This document shows positions 35,282 through 36,960 of a stretch of 36,960 bases of DNA, piece by piece. The position numbers were made by a program, and so were the translations under genes. This DNA is from Actinomycetota bacterium (GTDB lineage Bacteria; Actinomycetota; Humimicrobiia; Humimicrobiales; Humimicrobiaceae), in the NCBI GenBank assembly GCA_023488645.1, contig JAMDDL010000018.1, forward strand, positions 1 to 36,960, in the 5' to 3' direction. The notes beneath the pieces are model-generated. The model saw nothing but the letters and a program-made list of their open reading frames with translations, was not told where the DNA came from and ran no database searches. Position 1 is the stretch's first letter. The number at the start of each line of letters is the position of its first letter.

Positions 35282-36577
35282 TTAATAGCATGCCAAGCTG
35301 TTTTTAAAATATTTTTTTAAAACATCAATAGCACAATACTTACCACACATAGTACATTTATCACTTGTAATTTTACTTTCCTCCCTTATTCTCTTAGCTT
35401 TTTGTGGATCTATAGATAAATTTATTTGCTTCTGCCAGTCAAGATCTTTCCTTGCTTTTGCCATTTCTATATCTTGATTAATTGCCCCCTTAATTCCCTT
35501 AGAAATATCAGCAACATGAGCAGCAATTCTTGTGATTATAACACCTTCTCTCACATCATCTATTGTAGGTAATCTTAAATGCTCTGATGGAGTAAGATAA
35601 CATAAAAAATCAGCACCATAAAATGCTGCAATAGCTCCACCTATCGCAGCTGCAATGTGATCATAACCAGAAGCTATATCAGTAACCAACGGCCCTAACA
35701 CATAAAATGGGGCATTATTACAAATCTTTTTTTCAAGAATTACATTTGCCTCTATTTGACTAAGTGGCATATGCCCCGGCCCTTCAATTATTACCTGCAC
35801 TCCTTCTTTTAATGCTTTTTGTGCAAGTTCTCCCAGTATTATTGTTTCTTGTATTTGACTCCTATCAGTAGCATCGACAATACAGCCTGGTCTTAATCCA
35901 TCTCCGAGGCTTAAAGTAACATCATATTTTTTTGCAATTTTTAATAACCTGTCATAACTCTCGAAAAGAGGATTTTCTTTATTATTATGTAGCATCCAGG
36001 TTGTTAGAAAGGCACCTCCTCTACTAACAATATCTAAAATCCTACCTTGATTTTTTAACCTTTCAACAGACTGCATATTTACTCCACAATGAACAGTCAT
36101 AAAATCTACTCCATCTTCGGCATGTTTTTCTATAACCTCAAAAATTTCTTCTTCATTCATACCAGCAATACCTTTTTTATCGGAAGCTTCTATGGCAGCC
36201 TGATAAACAGGAACCGTTCCAACTGGGATGGTAGAATTTTCTAAAATGGTTCTTCTTATCTTGTCTATATCTCCTCCAGTGCTTAGATCCATAATAGTAT
36301 CTGCTTTTGCATTTATAGCTACTTCTAATTTTTTTAGCTCTTCTTCTAATACTGCATGCTCTGGAGATGTCCCGATATTTGCATTAACTTTAGTCCTTAG
36401 TCCACAACCAATTGCCGAAAAAATATTTAAAGATTTATGTTTTTTATTGTAAGGAATAACAATACTACCATCAGATATATGCTTTCTTATATATTCAGGA
36501 TCATAACCTTCCTGATTAGCTATTATTTTCATCTCTTCTGTAACATTACCAGCTTTTGCTTGCTCTAATAAAGTCAT
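35282..36577 (-). CDS. thiC: Phosphomethylpyrimidine synthase (radical SAM)
   Basis: 431 aa, ThiC-like throughout, with the C-terminal CxxCxxxxC cluster CTMCGKYC. RBS aaaggag is present. Confidence 0.93.
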   Translation of the reverse strand: MTLLEQAKAGNVTEEMKIIANQEGYDPEYIRKHISDGSIVIPYNKKHKSLNIFSAIGCGLRTKVNANIGTSPEHAVLEEELKKLEVAINAKADTIMDLSTGGDIDKIRRTILENSTIPVGTVPVYQAAIEASDKKGIAGMNEEEIFEVIEKHAEDGVDFMTVHCGVNMQSVERLKNQGRILDIVSRGGAFLTTWMLHNNKENPLFESYDRLLKIAKKYDVTLSLGDGLRPGCIVDATDRSQIQETIILGELAQKALKEGVQVIIEGPGHMPLSQIEANVILEKKICNNAPFYVLGPLVTDIASGYDHIAAAIGGAIAAFYGADFLCYLTPSEHLRLPTIDDVREGVIITRIAAHVADISKGIKGAINQDIEMAKARKDLDWQKQINLSIDPQKAKRIREESKITSDKCTMCGKYCAIDVLKKYFKNSLACY

Positions 36578-36848
36578 TTATAATCAATCTCCTTTAAAAA
36601 TATTTGTTTATTTTTTATTTTTTTATCGGTTATCATTATTTTATGCATTAATTTTTCTGATATTATTAAATTATTATTTATTATGAAAATTATCATTAAA
36701 ACAACTCTAATGAGATTAAATAAATTAATTTATAATAAAAAAATAAAGCTTATTTAAATTTGTCTAAGTTAATTTTATTTAATTTAATTTATCCTTAAAA
36801 AATTTTTATATATTATTATCCTATATTCTAATGTGACTTTATTTTATT

Positions 36849-36960
36849 CTAATGTGTATTTATTTGTTCTTTTTTAAAGGACTGAATAATATTTATAAAC
36901 TTTCTACACTCCTTTTCAACATCTGGTTTTGTAATAATTGCAGAAATTATAGCAATAGAT
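36849..36960 (-). CDS. thiE: C-terminal 36 codons of a probable thiamine-phosphate synthase, cut by the window edge
   Basis: The minus-strand frame reads SIAIISAIITKPDVEKECRKFINIIQSFKKEQINTH*. The (G)IAVISAI-type pattern near the ThiE C-terminus and the thiC/thiL neighbourhood support the call. It is too short for certainty. Confidence 0.45.
   Translation of the reverse strand, partial: SIAIISAIITKPDVEKECRKFINIIQSFKKEQINTH

Overview
AT-rich bacterial chromosomal window, roughly 30% GC by eye, with no rRNA, tRNA or CRISPR array that I could find. No taxon can be assigned from the sequence alone.

Gene content, left to right:
- 1-1374: a glycerol kinase gene broken by a fold-back. A perfect 127-bp inverted repeat (1-127 and 517-643) places the middle of the gene on the + strand and its N-terminus on the - strand.
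- 1415-10122: a minus-strand sugar/polyol catabolic locus that looks more GC-rich than the rest. It encodes an Ldh2-family dehydrogenase, two xylose-isomerase-like TIM-barrel enzymes, an MDR dehydrogenase, two ABC permeases, a lipoprotein solute-binding protein and a LacI regulator. Two identical 14-bp palindromic operators are present. No ABC ATPase is present.
- 10484-14258: an MFS transporter and a 768-aa polytopic membrane protein.
- 14609-16150: an orphan fusion protein with an N-terminal HNH nuclease and a C-terminal DGQHR (DndB/ParB-like) domain. It sits behind about 350 bp of almost pure A/T and 55 bp upstream of thyX. I rate this the best candidate for an undescribed system, as a domain-permuted GmrSD/SspE-like single-gene nuclease.
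- 17132-21612: housekeeping genes, namely a Na/Pi cotransporter, a LOG-family protein and glnS.
- 21701-24082: two diverged copies of a roughly 180-bp MITE-like element with 25-bp terminal inverted repeats. They bracket a zinc-ribbon/HEAT protein and an MFS transporter.
- 24106-26900: an RRM RNA-binding protein, a UPF0316 protein, a Cof-type HAD hydrolase and a DUF45/M48 peptidase.
- 27148-32012: a 722-bp duplication of an SDR gene that appears identical at nucleotide level and is bounded almost exactly by the ORF. The two copies bracket a 3.4-kb accessory cassette holding vapBC, an IS21 istB remnant, a polysaccharide deacetylase and a flavin reductase. The deacetylase membrane anchor is reachable only through a -1 shift at an in-register A_AAA_AAG heptamer.
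- 32271-36960: an orphan 151-aa protein, an SPFH protein and a thiL-thiC-thiE(partial) cluster. No TPP riboswitch is visible in front of thiC.
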